This document shows, piece by piece, positions 17,898 to 26,012 of a stretch of 28,458 bases of DNA. The DNA is from Nitrospinales bacterium. GTDB lineage: Bacteria; Nitrospinota; Nitrospinia; Nitrospinales; JAJDAT01. A model generated the notes under the pieces. The model had not been told where the DNA came from, made no database searches, and saw nothing but the letters and a program-made list of their open reading frames with translations. The first letter of the stretch is position 1; the number at the start of each line of letters is the position of its first letter. The DNA lies in contig JBHHYO010000035.1 in NCBI GenBank assembly GCA_046757665.1, forward strand, positions 1 through 28,458. The letters are read 5' to 3'. The position numbers were made by a program, and so were the translations under genes.

Positions 17898-18586
17898 GAG
17901 CGCGCCTCGGAGTTTGCCGTATCGCTGAGCACACCGCCGTCTTTCATGTGGATGACCCGGCGGCAATGATCGGCGACCTCGCTTTCATGAGTGACCAGGA
18001 TCAAGGTCGCGCCTTCCCGGTTCAGGCGGTCGAAGGTGGCGAGTATTTCCTCGCCGGTAACCGAGTCGAGGTTGCCGGTGGGTTCGTCTGCCAGAACGAT
18101 GGCGGGGTTGTTGACGATGGCGCGGGCGATGGCCACCCGTTGCCGTTCGCCGCCGGACAACTCGTTGGACCGGTGCCGGGCGCGGTGTTCCAGTCCTACT
18201 TTCGCCAGAGCCTCCCGGGCGGTTTTGCGGGCATTGCGGGCTCTGCCGTACAGAAGGGGAAGTTCGACATTCTCCAGCGCCGAGGCGCGCGGCAGAAGGT
18301 TGAAGTTTTGAAACACAAAGCCGATGCGCCGGTTGCGGATTTCCGCCAGTTCATCCGAGGTGAGGGAATGGATATCGACGTTTTCCAGCAGATACGTTCC
18401 CGAAGTCGGCTGGTCCAGGCAACCCAGCAGGTTCATCAAGGTGGACTTGCCGCTACCGGACGGGCCCATGACGGCGACAAACTCCCCCGGGTCGATGGTA
18501 AAACCGACATTCACCAGCGCCGGCACCCGGTAACGGCCCAGATGATAGGTTTTACCCAGGTTGTTTACGGTGATCAGCGGGTTCAT
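17891..18586 (-). CDS. ABC transporter ATP-binding protein (LolD/MacB type)
   Basis: [47 protein letters not shown]. Confidence 0.96.
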   Translation of the reverse strand: MNPLITVNNLGKTYHLGRYRVPALVNVGFTIDPGEFVAVMGPSGSGKSTLMNLLGCLDQPTSGTYLLENVDIHSLTSDELAEIRNRRIGFVFQNFNLLPRASALENVELPLLYGRARNARKTAREALAKVGLEHRARHRSNELSGGERQRVAIARAIVNNPAIVLADEPTGNLDSVTGEEILATFDRLNREGATLILVTHESEVADHCRRVIHMKDGGVLSDTANSEARSC

Positions 18587-18601
18587 GGCAAGCCTGCGCG
18601 G

Positions 18602-19936
18602 TTATTTGGAGCGCAACATCCAGAGGATTCTTCTCAAAGTCGATTTTTTGTCTTTTGACGAGTCTTCTTTGTTGAGGATTTTTTCCCAATCGCCGACGAC
18701 CAGTTTTTGTCCTTGTTTCACCCCGGATACCAGTTGCATGTAGATGGGTGTCTGCGCTCCGGAGGCCACCGGGATTTTTTTGGGCCGGCCCCCTGCCAGA
18801 ACAATGGCGAACCGTTCGCCCTTTACATCATAAACGGCTTCGCGGGGCACATAAAGGGCGTTTTTCACCCGGCGGGAAATGATATCGACATTGGCCGTCA
18901 TCATGGGCTTGAGGCTGACTCTGCCGCTTCCCGTGATTTCTATTTTAACCTTGAAAACGGTGATGTCGTTTTCGACTTCCCCCTGCGGGGCGATGCGCTT
19001 GACCTTGCCTTGGAATGATTCTCCCGGAAAGGCGTCGGTGGTGACGGCCACTTCCTGTCCGGGTTGGATGGAGCCGATATCGGTTTCGTCCACGTCCGCG
19101 GTAATGAACAAACGCGACATGTCGGCGATAAGGCATAACGCCGTTCCGCCGGACACGTTGGTTATTCCGGAGGATATGATTTGTCCCTCCTCGACCATTT
19201 TTTTGATGATCACTCCGTCGATGGGCGCGAAGATTTCGGTTTCCTCCAGTCTTTCCCGGGCTTCCTCGAGGGTGATGCGGCTTCTTGCCACCTCGACCTC
19301 GACGAGTTTGATTTCATCCTCGCGCAATGTGATGTCGTGTTTGGCATCGACGGCGGCCTGGGCATGGGCGCGCGCCTGCACCAGCTCTTCCTGCCTGATC
19401 TTGTGGGCGGTCCGGGCTTTGTCGAGAGCTTCCTGCGAGGTGATCTGTTTGTTGAACAGGTCGAGCTGGCGTTTCAGGATGTCCCGCGCCTCGCGCAGGT
19501 TGGCCTCGGCGGACTGAACGCCGGACGCCGCCGTTTGCAGATCGTAGTCGTATTTGGTTTTTTGAACGATCAGGGAGGTTTGGGCTTTTTTGAGTTTGGC
19601 CAGGGCGCGTTCCAGGTCGTTTTCCGCCCGGGCCACATTGCGCAGTTCGTCGGACTTGTCCAGTTGCAGGAGCAGGTCGCCCCTTTTAACGAAGTCGCCC
19701 TCTTCGTAGGGGAAGGTCAGCACCTCGCCGCTGGCCTTGGATTTGACTTCCACCTTGAAGTTCGGTTCCACCACGCCGGTGGCCGAAATCTTTATCGCCA
19801 GGTCACCTTGAACCACGTCCACGGTCTTGTATTCCGGGTCGGGATTTGCCGGCGCGTTTTCGTTATCGTAACCCAGAACGTAGAGAGCCGACGCCGAAAG
19901 GAAAACGCCGAGAATAAGAATGAAACCTTTTTTCAT
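18602..19936 (-). CDS. Efflux membrane fusion protein (MacA-like periplasmic adaptor)
   Basis: N-terminal membrane anchor, VEVKSKASG...EGD.VK.G, long coiled hairpin, IFAPIDGVI, VDETDIG.I..GQ, LKPMMTANV. Confidence 0.93.
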   Translation of the reverse strand: MKKGFILILGVFLSASALYVLGYDNENAPANPDPEYKTVDVVQGDLAIKISATGVVEPNFKVEVKSKASGEVLTFPYEEGDFVKRGDLLLQLDKSDELRNVARAENDLERALAKLKKAQTSLIVQKTKYDYDLQTAASGVQSAEANLREARDILKRQLDLFNKQITSQEALDKARTAHKIRQEELVQARAHAQAAVDAKHDITLREDEIKLVEVEVARSRITLEEARERLEETEIFAPIDGVIIKKMVEEGQIISSGITNVSGGTALCLIADMSRLFITADVDETDIGSIQPGQEVAVTTDAFPGESFQGKVKRIAPQGEVENDITVFKVKIEITGSGRVSLKPMMTANVDIISRRVKNALYVPREAVYDVKGERFAIVLAGGRPKKIPVASGAQTPIYMQLVSGVKQGQKLVVGDWEKILNKEDSSKDKKSTLRRILWMLRSK

Positions 19937-21528
19937 GAAGCCTGTTCGGAAGACAAGGTTATGTGATGGCGTTCCAAGGTTGTAGCCATAACCCGGTTCA
20001 GATTGATCTTGGACTGCTTGTAATCTATGACCGCCTTGATTTCGTTGCTCTGCTCCTTGGCCAGGTCTTCCTGGAATTCAAGCACGTTGAAGCTGGTGGA
20101 AAGACCGACGGCGAATTTTTTTTCCTCGGCGCTCAGTTTTTCCCGGGCCAGCTTTCTGGCAAGGCGCGCGGCCTGGACGCGCTTGATGTCGGTTTTGATC
20201 TGCCGCAAGGCCTCGCGAACTTCAATGACGATATTTTTCTCGATGTTTTTAAGGTCGAGCAAGGCTTGCTGGGCCTCCAGCCTGGCGGCGGTCAGACGGC
20301 TCTTGGCGGCGCGGTTGCCCAGCGGATAACTGAGCTTGATGCCCACCTTCCAATTAAAGAAATCCGGGTTTCCCAGAGAGCCGAGAGACTTCGACAATTC
20401 ACCGTCAAACGGGCTTCGGGAAACGGTGCCGTCGAAATTCTGGATACTGCGGGCGTTACCGGCCAACCCATTAAGGCCCAGACTACCGAACAAATCCAGG
20501 CTGGGGTAAGTCTGGTTCTTGTTGAATCGCACGCGGATATTTTTATTTTCCAAATCCTTTTTTTTGGCCAGGTAGTCGGGACGGTTTGCCAGGGCCGTTT
20601 TTATGGCTTCCGCAAGAAGCATTTTTTCCTGTCCGGAAAACAGGGGCCGGTCGATGGGCACTACGGGTTTTTGACCTTCCGGACTATCGAAGCTGACATT
20701 CATGATATTCTTTAACTTGTCCTCCGTGTCCTGAATAAGATTGCGGGCCGTCAGGAGCAATTGCTCGCGCGAGGCGACTTCCGACTGGGCTTGAAGAATT
20801 TCAATAGGAGCCATGGTTCCCACGTCAACCTGGGCCTTGACTCTTTTTTCGAGATCGCGGGCGCGTTCCAGGGACTTTTGTTTTACCTTCAGGTCTTCAT
20901 GACTGAACACCAGGTCCCAATAAAAATTTTCCGTCCGGGCGAGGATGTCGATGACCTTGCCCTGGAAATCGAAATCCGAAATGCCCCTGTTGTTGTTTGC
21001 AATGGTGATTTGCGTTTTGTTGATGTCGAAGCCGAAATTCCGCAGAAGGGGCTGGGTCAACGTAAATTCCATTTCGGAAAAATACTGCGGATTCAAGCCG
21101 GTGAATCGGGAGTTGGTACTGCTTTTTTGCGTGTCGAAACGAAATTCATAATTGGTTCCCGCTAACAGTTTCTGGTTTAATTTCACTTCAAACCGCTGGC
21201 GGTCGGTGCGGTTTACGTTTGGAGACGCAAAACTGGAAGACACCTGGGTTTGCCGTTGCTCGGCGGAAGTTTCGGCGGAAATCAGGGGATCGAACACGGA
21301 TTGCTCGCGAATGATGTCCTGGTCGCTGATCAGCGGAAACTGTTCCTGAACCTTGATGTCCACATTGTTTTGCAATGTTTTTTCAATGGCGTTGCGGAGC
21401 GACAGCCTCAAAGCGTCCGTTGCCGGGGGAAAGTCTGACGTTTCTTCACCGGAAACTGTTGAGCCGCTCCCGGTTAAAAGAATCAGAAAGAAAAAAACAC
21501 ACACCGTATATTTCGAACGTCTGGCCAT
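19933..21528 (-). CDS. TolC-family outer membrane efflux protein
   Basis: Signal peptide, LSL..AIE..LQNN, LTQPLLRNFG, A...RPD, YPSLDL, EEKKFAVG.ST...VL; first gene of the efflux operon. Confidence 0.92.
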   Translation of the reverse strand: MARRSKYTVCVFFFLILLTGSGSTVSGEETSDFPPATDALRLSLRNAIEKTLQNNVDIKVQEQFPLISDQDIIREQSVFDPLISAETSAEQRQTQVSSSFASPNVNRTDRQRFEVKLNQKLLAGTNYEFRFDTQKSSTNSRFTGLNPQYFSEMEFTLTQPLLRNFGFDINKTQITIANNNRGISDFDFQGKVIDILARTENFYWDLVFSHEDLKVKQKSLERARDLEKRVKAQVDVGTMAPIEILQAQSEVASREQLLLTARNLIQDTEDKLKNIMNVSFDSPEGQKPVVPIDRPLFSGQEKMLLAEAIKTALANRPDYLAKKKDLENKNIRVRFNKNQTYPSLDLFGSLGLNGLAGNARSIQNFDGTVSRSPFDGELSKSLGSLGNPDFFNWKVGIKLSYPLGNRAAKSRLTAARLEAQQALLDLKNIEKNIVIEVREALRQIKTDIKRVQAARLARKLAREKLSAEEKKFAVGLSTSFNVLEFQEDLAKEQSNEIKAVIDYKQSKINLNRVMATTLERHHITLSSEQAS

Positions 21529-21620
21529 GATGCAACGATCTCCGTTAAATTATTTGGGAAATTCCATTATAATACAAATAGTTACACAAATGGAACTATC
21601 AATCGGTCCGCCGGAAACCC

Positions 21621-23027
21621 TTGCGGAGGATTCCCGTTTTGCCGTTTCTCGAATCTAAGACAGGTATTAACAATAACTTATCGACATCTCCGAAACGGAA
21701 CATTAATCGAATTCGGCGGTGTGCGCGGGTCTGCGAGGAAATTGTCGGCAGACTTTTAGATGCCGTTTCCCAAGGCAATCCGGCGGACCGCGAACTGGCA
21801 AAAATACTGCGTTCCCGAAAAGAGCTGGGCGCCCGTGACCGGCGGTTGATCTCCGACTTGACGTTTGCCGTATTCCGCTGGCGAGGCTGGACCCGGATGT
21901 GGGAAACCGGCGACCGGGAACGGATGTTTCTGGCGTCAATGATTCTTGAGGGCAAGACCGATTCCCCCGTGGTCGAGGAATGGGCCCGCAACGTCAAACC
22001 CGCCAGCAACTGGCAAGAGGTGAGCGGCGGCCGGTCTCTTATGGAAAAGGGCCGCCTGATTGGCGAAATACTGGGTCCCGTCAACCACGTCCGCCGTCCA
22101 CAAGACCTTTTTCCCGACTGGTTTTTCGAGGAACTGCCGAATGCCCGAAGCGGCGCTCAGGAAGAAAACATTTTTCTTGAAGAATTGTTGCGGATATTGC
22201 AAACCCGGCCACCCATCTGGATCCGCTTCCACGCAAGGAACGCCCGGAGGTTGTTGCGCGAACTGCAGGATGAGGGTTTGGATGTCCGCCCTTGCGCGAG
22301 GTTGAATACCGCGGCTTCAATTCATGCGAGAATCAATGTCAATACGATTGCCTGTTATCGACGCGGGCAATTCGAGATACAGGACCTGTCGTCGCAAGCC
22401 GTGGCGTGGGTATGCTCGCCACAGGCACAGGAAACGTGGTGGGATGTCTGCGCCGGAGGAGGTGGAAAAGCATTGCACTTGGCCGACTTAATGAAGGGCA
22501 GGGGAGAGGTCTGGGCCTCGGACGTGCGAGCCCCGGCGCTCGCGGAGGTGCGCCGGCGGGCAAAAAAATGCGGTTTGAAAAATATCGTTACCCAACTCCT
22601 GCAACAGGGGCCGCAAGGGCTCAAATGCAAACCGGACGGGGCCGGCGGGCAAAAGGGTTTTGACGGCGTATTGGTCGATGCGCCCTGTAGCGGTATGGGC
22701 ACCTGGAGAAGAAACCCGGATGCCCGCTGGCGCGCTCAGCCGGACGATATTGCCCGGTGGTCGCAGAAGCAGGGCGAATTGCTCAACGATTGCGCCGACC
22801 GGGTGCGCCCCGGCGGAACGCTGGTGTATTCCGTTTGCTCCATAACCCACGCGGAAACTCTCCGGGTCGTGGACGCTTTTCTGCAAAGCCATCCCGCTTT
22901 TACCTTATCGCCCATCCGGCATCCTTTGACGGATAAACCGACTCAGGGCACAGTCTGGATTTGGCCTCAAATGGAAAATTCAGATGCTATGTTTATTGCT
23001 CGTTTTCAAAAAGAGACCTTTGCATAA
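21621..23027 (+). CDS. RsmB/NOP2-family RNA m5C methyltransferase (start uncertain)
   Basis: FEIQDLSSQ, DVCAGGGGK, VLVDAPCSGMG..RRNPD, YSVCS (both catalytic cysteines present). Confidence 0.9.
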   Translation: MRRIPVLPFLESKTGINNNLSTSPKRNINRIRRCARVCEEIVGRLLDAVSQGNPADRELAKILRSRKELGARDRRLISDLTFAVFRWRGWTRMWETGDRERMFLASMILEGKTDSPVVEEWARNVKPASNWQEVSGGRSLMEKGRLIGEILGPVNHVRRPQDLFPDWFFEELPNARSGAQEENIFLEELLRILQTRPPIWIRFHARNARRLLRELQDEGLDVRPCARLNTAASIHARINVNTIACYRRGQFEIQDLSSQAVAWVCSPQAQETWWDVCAGGGGKALHLADLMKGRGEVWASDVRAPALAEVRRRAKKCGLKNIVTQLLQQGPQGLKCKPDGAGGQKGFDGVLVDAPCSGMGTWRRNPDARWRAQPDDIARWSQKQGELLNDCADRVRPGGTLVYSVCSITHAETLRVVDAFLQSHPAFTLSPIRHPLTDKPTQGTVWIWPQMENSDAMFIARFQKETFA

Positions 23028-23031
23028 ACGG

Positions 23032-23141
23032 TGTCATCGCGAGCCGCTACCAGCGGCGCGCCGATCCAGCCGGGCCACGCCCCCAAGTGGGAATGGGTCC
23101 TTTCTGGATTGCTTCGTCGGCTGAGCCGCCTCGCAATGACA
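23032..23141. repeat. REP-like palindromic element of the GTCATTGCGAG...CTCGCAATGAC type
   Basis: Terminal inverted repeat TGTCATCGCGAG (23032-43) / CTCGCAATGACA (23130-41) with 1 mismatch. Internal hairpins GCCGCT-ACC-AGCGGC and CGGCT-G-AGCCG; inner stem ATCCAG/CTGGAT. Confidence 0.8.
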
Positions 23142-23178
23142 ATCAAACAAGAAATCCTGTTTGAAAATGATTTTTTTC

Positions 23179-23206
23179 TTGCTAATTTACATTAACTGTC
23201 TAAAAT
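23179..23206 (+). promoter_or_regulatory. Putative sigma70 promoter of the HTH-receiver regulator
   Basis: TTGCTA-N16-TAAAAT in AT-rich intergenic DNA; AGAGGAG RBS before ATG 23292. Confidence 0.5.
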
Positions 23207-23291
23207 GGTAAATGGGTTACTTTCTGTCATGTGTAATCTGCTTTTATTCCCTATTTTAAGATAAATCAACCGATTTTAGCCAAGAGGAGCC

Positions 23292-23942
23292 ATGTCAAAA
23301 GTAACCGCAGCCGAAATTTTGAAAGAAGTCCCGATCACCCGTAAAACGCTTTGGCTTTGGCAAAAAAAGTACCATTTTTTCCCGGACCCTGAGAAAAAGG
23401 TCCATCCGGGCGGCAGAGGAATTGTGGGGTATTATCCGGCGTGGGTGCGTGCGCGGTGCAAACAGGTGTATGACTTGCAAAAGAAGGGGTACAGCGTACC
23501 CATGATAAAAGAAATCCTGCAAAAGGAGGCACGGGAAAAGTCCACCAAGAAGATTTTGATCGTCGATGATGAAAGAAAATTCGCCGACCTGCTGAGAAAA
23601 ATGTTCATCAAAAAAGGTTTTGTCGTGGAAGTGGCGTACGACGGTCTGGACGCAGGTTTGAAGGCGTCCGAGTTTCGCCCTGCCATCATTTTGCTTGACC
23701 TGGGTTTGCCTGGCCTGAACGGCCTTGAGGTTTGCAAGCTCCTGAAGTCCAATCCCAAAACGAAACACATAAACATCATTGCCATTTCCGGGGACTTGAG
23801 TTACCCGGAAGAAACGGTTCTCGATTCCGGCGCCTTAATGTTTTTCAAAAAACCCGTCAACATGACCCGTTTGCTGAAGGAGTGCAGTGTTCTGGTCAAC
23901 AGCCCGGAATTCGACGATTCCATCCCGTCAAACTCTCCCTGA
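23292..23942 (+). CDS. Response regulator with N-terminal MerR-like HTH and C-terminal receiver domain
   Basis: N-terminal TAAEI.KEVPITRKTLW.WQK...GYS...IKEIL; receiver KILIVDDE, IILLDLGLPG (phosphoacceptor Asp), AISG, KP. Confidence 0.88.
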   Translation: MSKVTAAEILKEVPITRKTLWLWQKKYHFFPDPEKKVHPGGRGIVGYYPAWVRARCKQVYDLQKKGYSVPMIKEILQKEAREKSTKKILIVDDERKFADLLRKMFIKKGFVVEVAYDGLDAGLKASEFRPAIILLDLGLPGLNGLEVCKLLKSNPKTKHINIIAISGDLSYPEETVLDSGALMFFKKPVNMTRLLKECSVLVNSPEFDDSIPSNSP

Positions 23943-23998
23943 CCCCGCGAAATTTAAAACAAGTATGGGAATGCAGTGGCGCATTTGATAAAATAAGT

Positions 23999-24026
23999 TT
24001 GCTTGCCGCGGGATTTGTTGTATAAG
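23999..24026 (+). promoter_or_regulatory. Putative sigma70 promoter of the transketolase pair
   Basis: TTGCTT-N16-TATAAG, 43 bp before ATG 24070. Confidence 0.4.
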
Positions 24027-24069
24027 TTATTCTCCGTCATCGCGGAAATCCTTTTCTTATAGTTGCGTC

Positions 24070-24903
24070 ATGGAAAGCATACAATTGGCCGTAAACGAAA
24101 TTGCCGATCTCCGGCAAACCGCCAGGGAGTTGCGCCGCGGGAGCTTGCAGATCATCCACCGGGCGGGTTCGGGGCATCCGGGGGGCAGTCTGTCCGCCGC
24201 CGATATCGTCGCCGCGCTTTATTTCGGAGTGATGCGATACGATCCGCAATGTCCCAAAGACCCCGGCCGCGACCGCTTTATTCTCAGCAAGGGGCATTGC
24301 ACCGGTTTGTTGTACGTCACGCTGGCCCGCGCCGGATTTTTCGAAGAATCACAGTTGCAGGATTACCGGAAAATCGACAGCAGACTCAATCTTTCCGGAC
24401 ACCCGCATCCGGCGACACCCGGCGTGGAAATCGCCACCGGCAGTCTGGGGCAGGGGCTGAGCGTCGGTAACGGCATGGCCCTCGCCGCCCGCCTGGACAA
24501 TCGGGATTACCGGGTATTTGTCCTTTTGGGCGATGGCGAATTGCAGGAAGGGCAGGTATGGGAAGCGGCGATGACGGCCGCAAAATACAATCTCTCCCAG
24601 ATCACCGCGATTGTCGATTACAACAAGCTGGCGCAAGACAGCCCAACGCTGAAATTGAAAAACCTGGAACCGCTGGAGGATAAATGGCGATCCTTCGGAT
24701 GGGACGTCTTGCACATCGACGGCCACGACATGGAGCAGGTCCTCCGGGCATTACGAGCCCCGGCCCACAAGGACAAGCCACGGGTTATCATAGCCGACAC
24801 GGTCAAGGGCAAGGGTGTCGGTTTCATGGAAAACAACCAGGCATGGCACGGTGTGGCTCCCAACGATGAACAACTGCAACAAGCCTTGAAGGATCTGCAA
24901 TGA
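24070..24903 (+). CDS. Transketolase N-terminal (ThDP-binding) subunit
   Basis: SGHPGGSLS, RDRFILSKGH, GSLGQG, GDGELQEGQVWEA...N ThDP motif, TVKGKG, WHG. Confidence 0.94.
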   Translation: MESIQLAVNEIADLRQTARELRRGSLQIIHRAGSGHPGGSLSAADIVAALYFGVMRYDPQCPKDPGRDRFILSKGHCTGLLYVTLARAGFFEESQLQDYRKIDSRLNLSGHPHPATPGVEIATGSLGQGLSVGNGMALAARLDNRDYRVFVLLGDGELQEGQVWEAAMTAAKYNLSQITAIVDYNKLAQDSPTLKLKNLEPLEDKWRSFGWDVLHIDGHDMEQVLRALRAPAHKDKPRVIIADTVKGKGVGFMENNQAWHGVAPNDEQLQQALKDLQ

Positions 24904-25838
24904 AAGACGCCGCCACGCGAGACGGCTATGGCGCCGCCCTGGAAGAAATCGGCGACGATCCGCGAATCGTCGTTCTCGACGCCGGGGTAAGCGACAGCAC
25001 CCGCACAAATAAATTCGGCAAAAAATATCCCGAACGGTTCTTCAACATCGGCATCAGTGAAGCCGACATGGTTTGCACCGCCGCCGGATTGGCGACAACC
25101 GGCAAGGTCGCGTTTGCCACCAGTTTCGCCTGCTTTCTGCTTGGCCGGACCATGGATCAGATTCTGGTCAGCCTGGCGTATTCCAGAACCAATGTAAAAC
25201 TGGTGGGGACGCACTGCGGAATTGCCGTGGGAGAAGACGGGCCCACCGCGCAAATGATCGTGGACCTGGCCTATACGCGGGCCATGCCCAACCTGACCGT
25301 AATCCAGCCCGCGGATTGGCAGGAGGCCGTCCTGGCCACCAAGGCTCTCGTGGAACATTGCGGCCCCGTTTACATGCGGCTGGGCCGGCCCAAGGTCAAG
25401 GGGATTTACGATGCGTCGCACACATTCGAGATCGGCAAGGCGCATGTTCTGCGGCAGGGGAGCCAGGCGGCGATTTTCGCCACCGGAATCATGGTTCAGG
25501 AAAGCCTTTTGGCGGTTGAGGCATTAAAAGAAGAAGGCATCGATGCCTCTCTCATTAATATATCCACCATCAAGCCGATCGACCGGGAAGCGATCATCCT
25601 GCAAGCCAACCGGAACGGCGCCGTGGTCACCGCGGAAGATCATAACGTCATCGGCGGGATGGGAGACGCCGTCATGGATGTGCTCATGGAAAATGGAATC
25701 CACGTCCCGTGCAAAAAAATCGGCGTCAAGGACCGTTTCGCGGAAACCGGCTCTGCAGGCAACCTGTTTAAGAAATACGGACTCTCTTATCCGCATATCG
25801 TGGACGCCGTCAAGGACGTTTGCCGGAAAAAAGCCTGA
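24900..25838 (+). CDS. Transketolase C-terminal subunit
   Basis: ATGA overlap with the N-terminal subunit; PERFFNIGISE, VGEDGPTAQ, GPVYMRLGR, TIKPID, VTAEDH..IGG.G. Confidence 0.94.
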   Translation: MKDAATRDGYGAALEEIGDDPRIVVLDAGVSDSTRTNKFGKKYPERFFNIGISEADMVCTAAGLATTGKVAFATSFACFLLGRTMDQILVSLAYSRTNVKLVGTHCGIAVGEDGPTAQMIVDLAYTRAMPNLTVIQPADWQEAVLATKALVEHCGPVYMRLGRPKVKGIYDASHTFEIGKAHVLRQGSQAAIFATGIMVQESLLAVEALKEEGIDASLINISTIKPIDREAIILQANRNGAVVTAEDHNVIGGMGDAVMDVLMENGIHVPCKKIGVKDRFAETGSAGNLFKKYGLSYPHIVDAVKDVCRKKA

Positions 25839-26012
25839 GAACGCCGTTGCGCGACAGAAAAGCGGGTTTTATCCGTTTCGCAGTACCACAGCCCACCCAT
25901 CCTTAACCTTCTCCTCGATTATTTTACATAATATATCTTATGGGAACTTATGTCTGCGATTCGCATAGTCCGCCAAACCTGTAAAAATTAAAAAATACCA
26001 TAAAAAACAATT

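Noticed and set aside
25858-25880. Terminator after the transketolase pair
   Set aside because: Only a weak G-U-rich stem with a short T tract.
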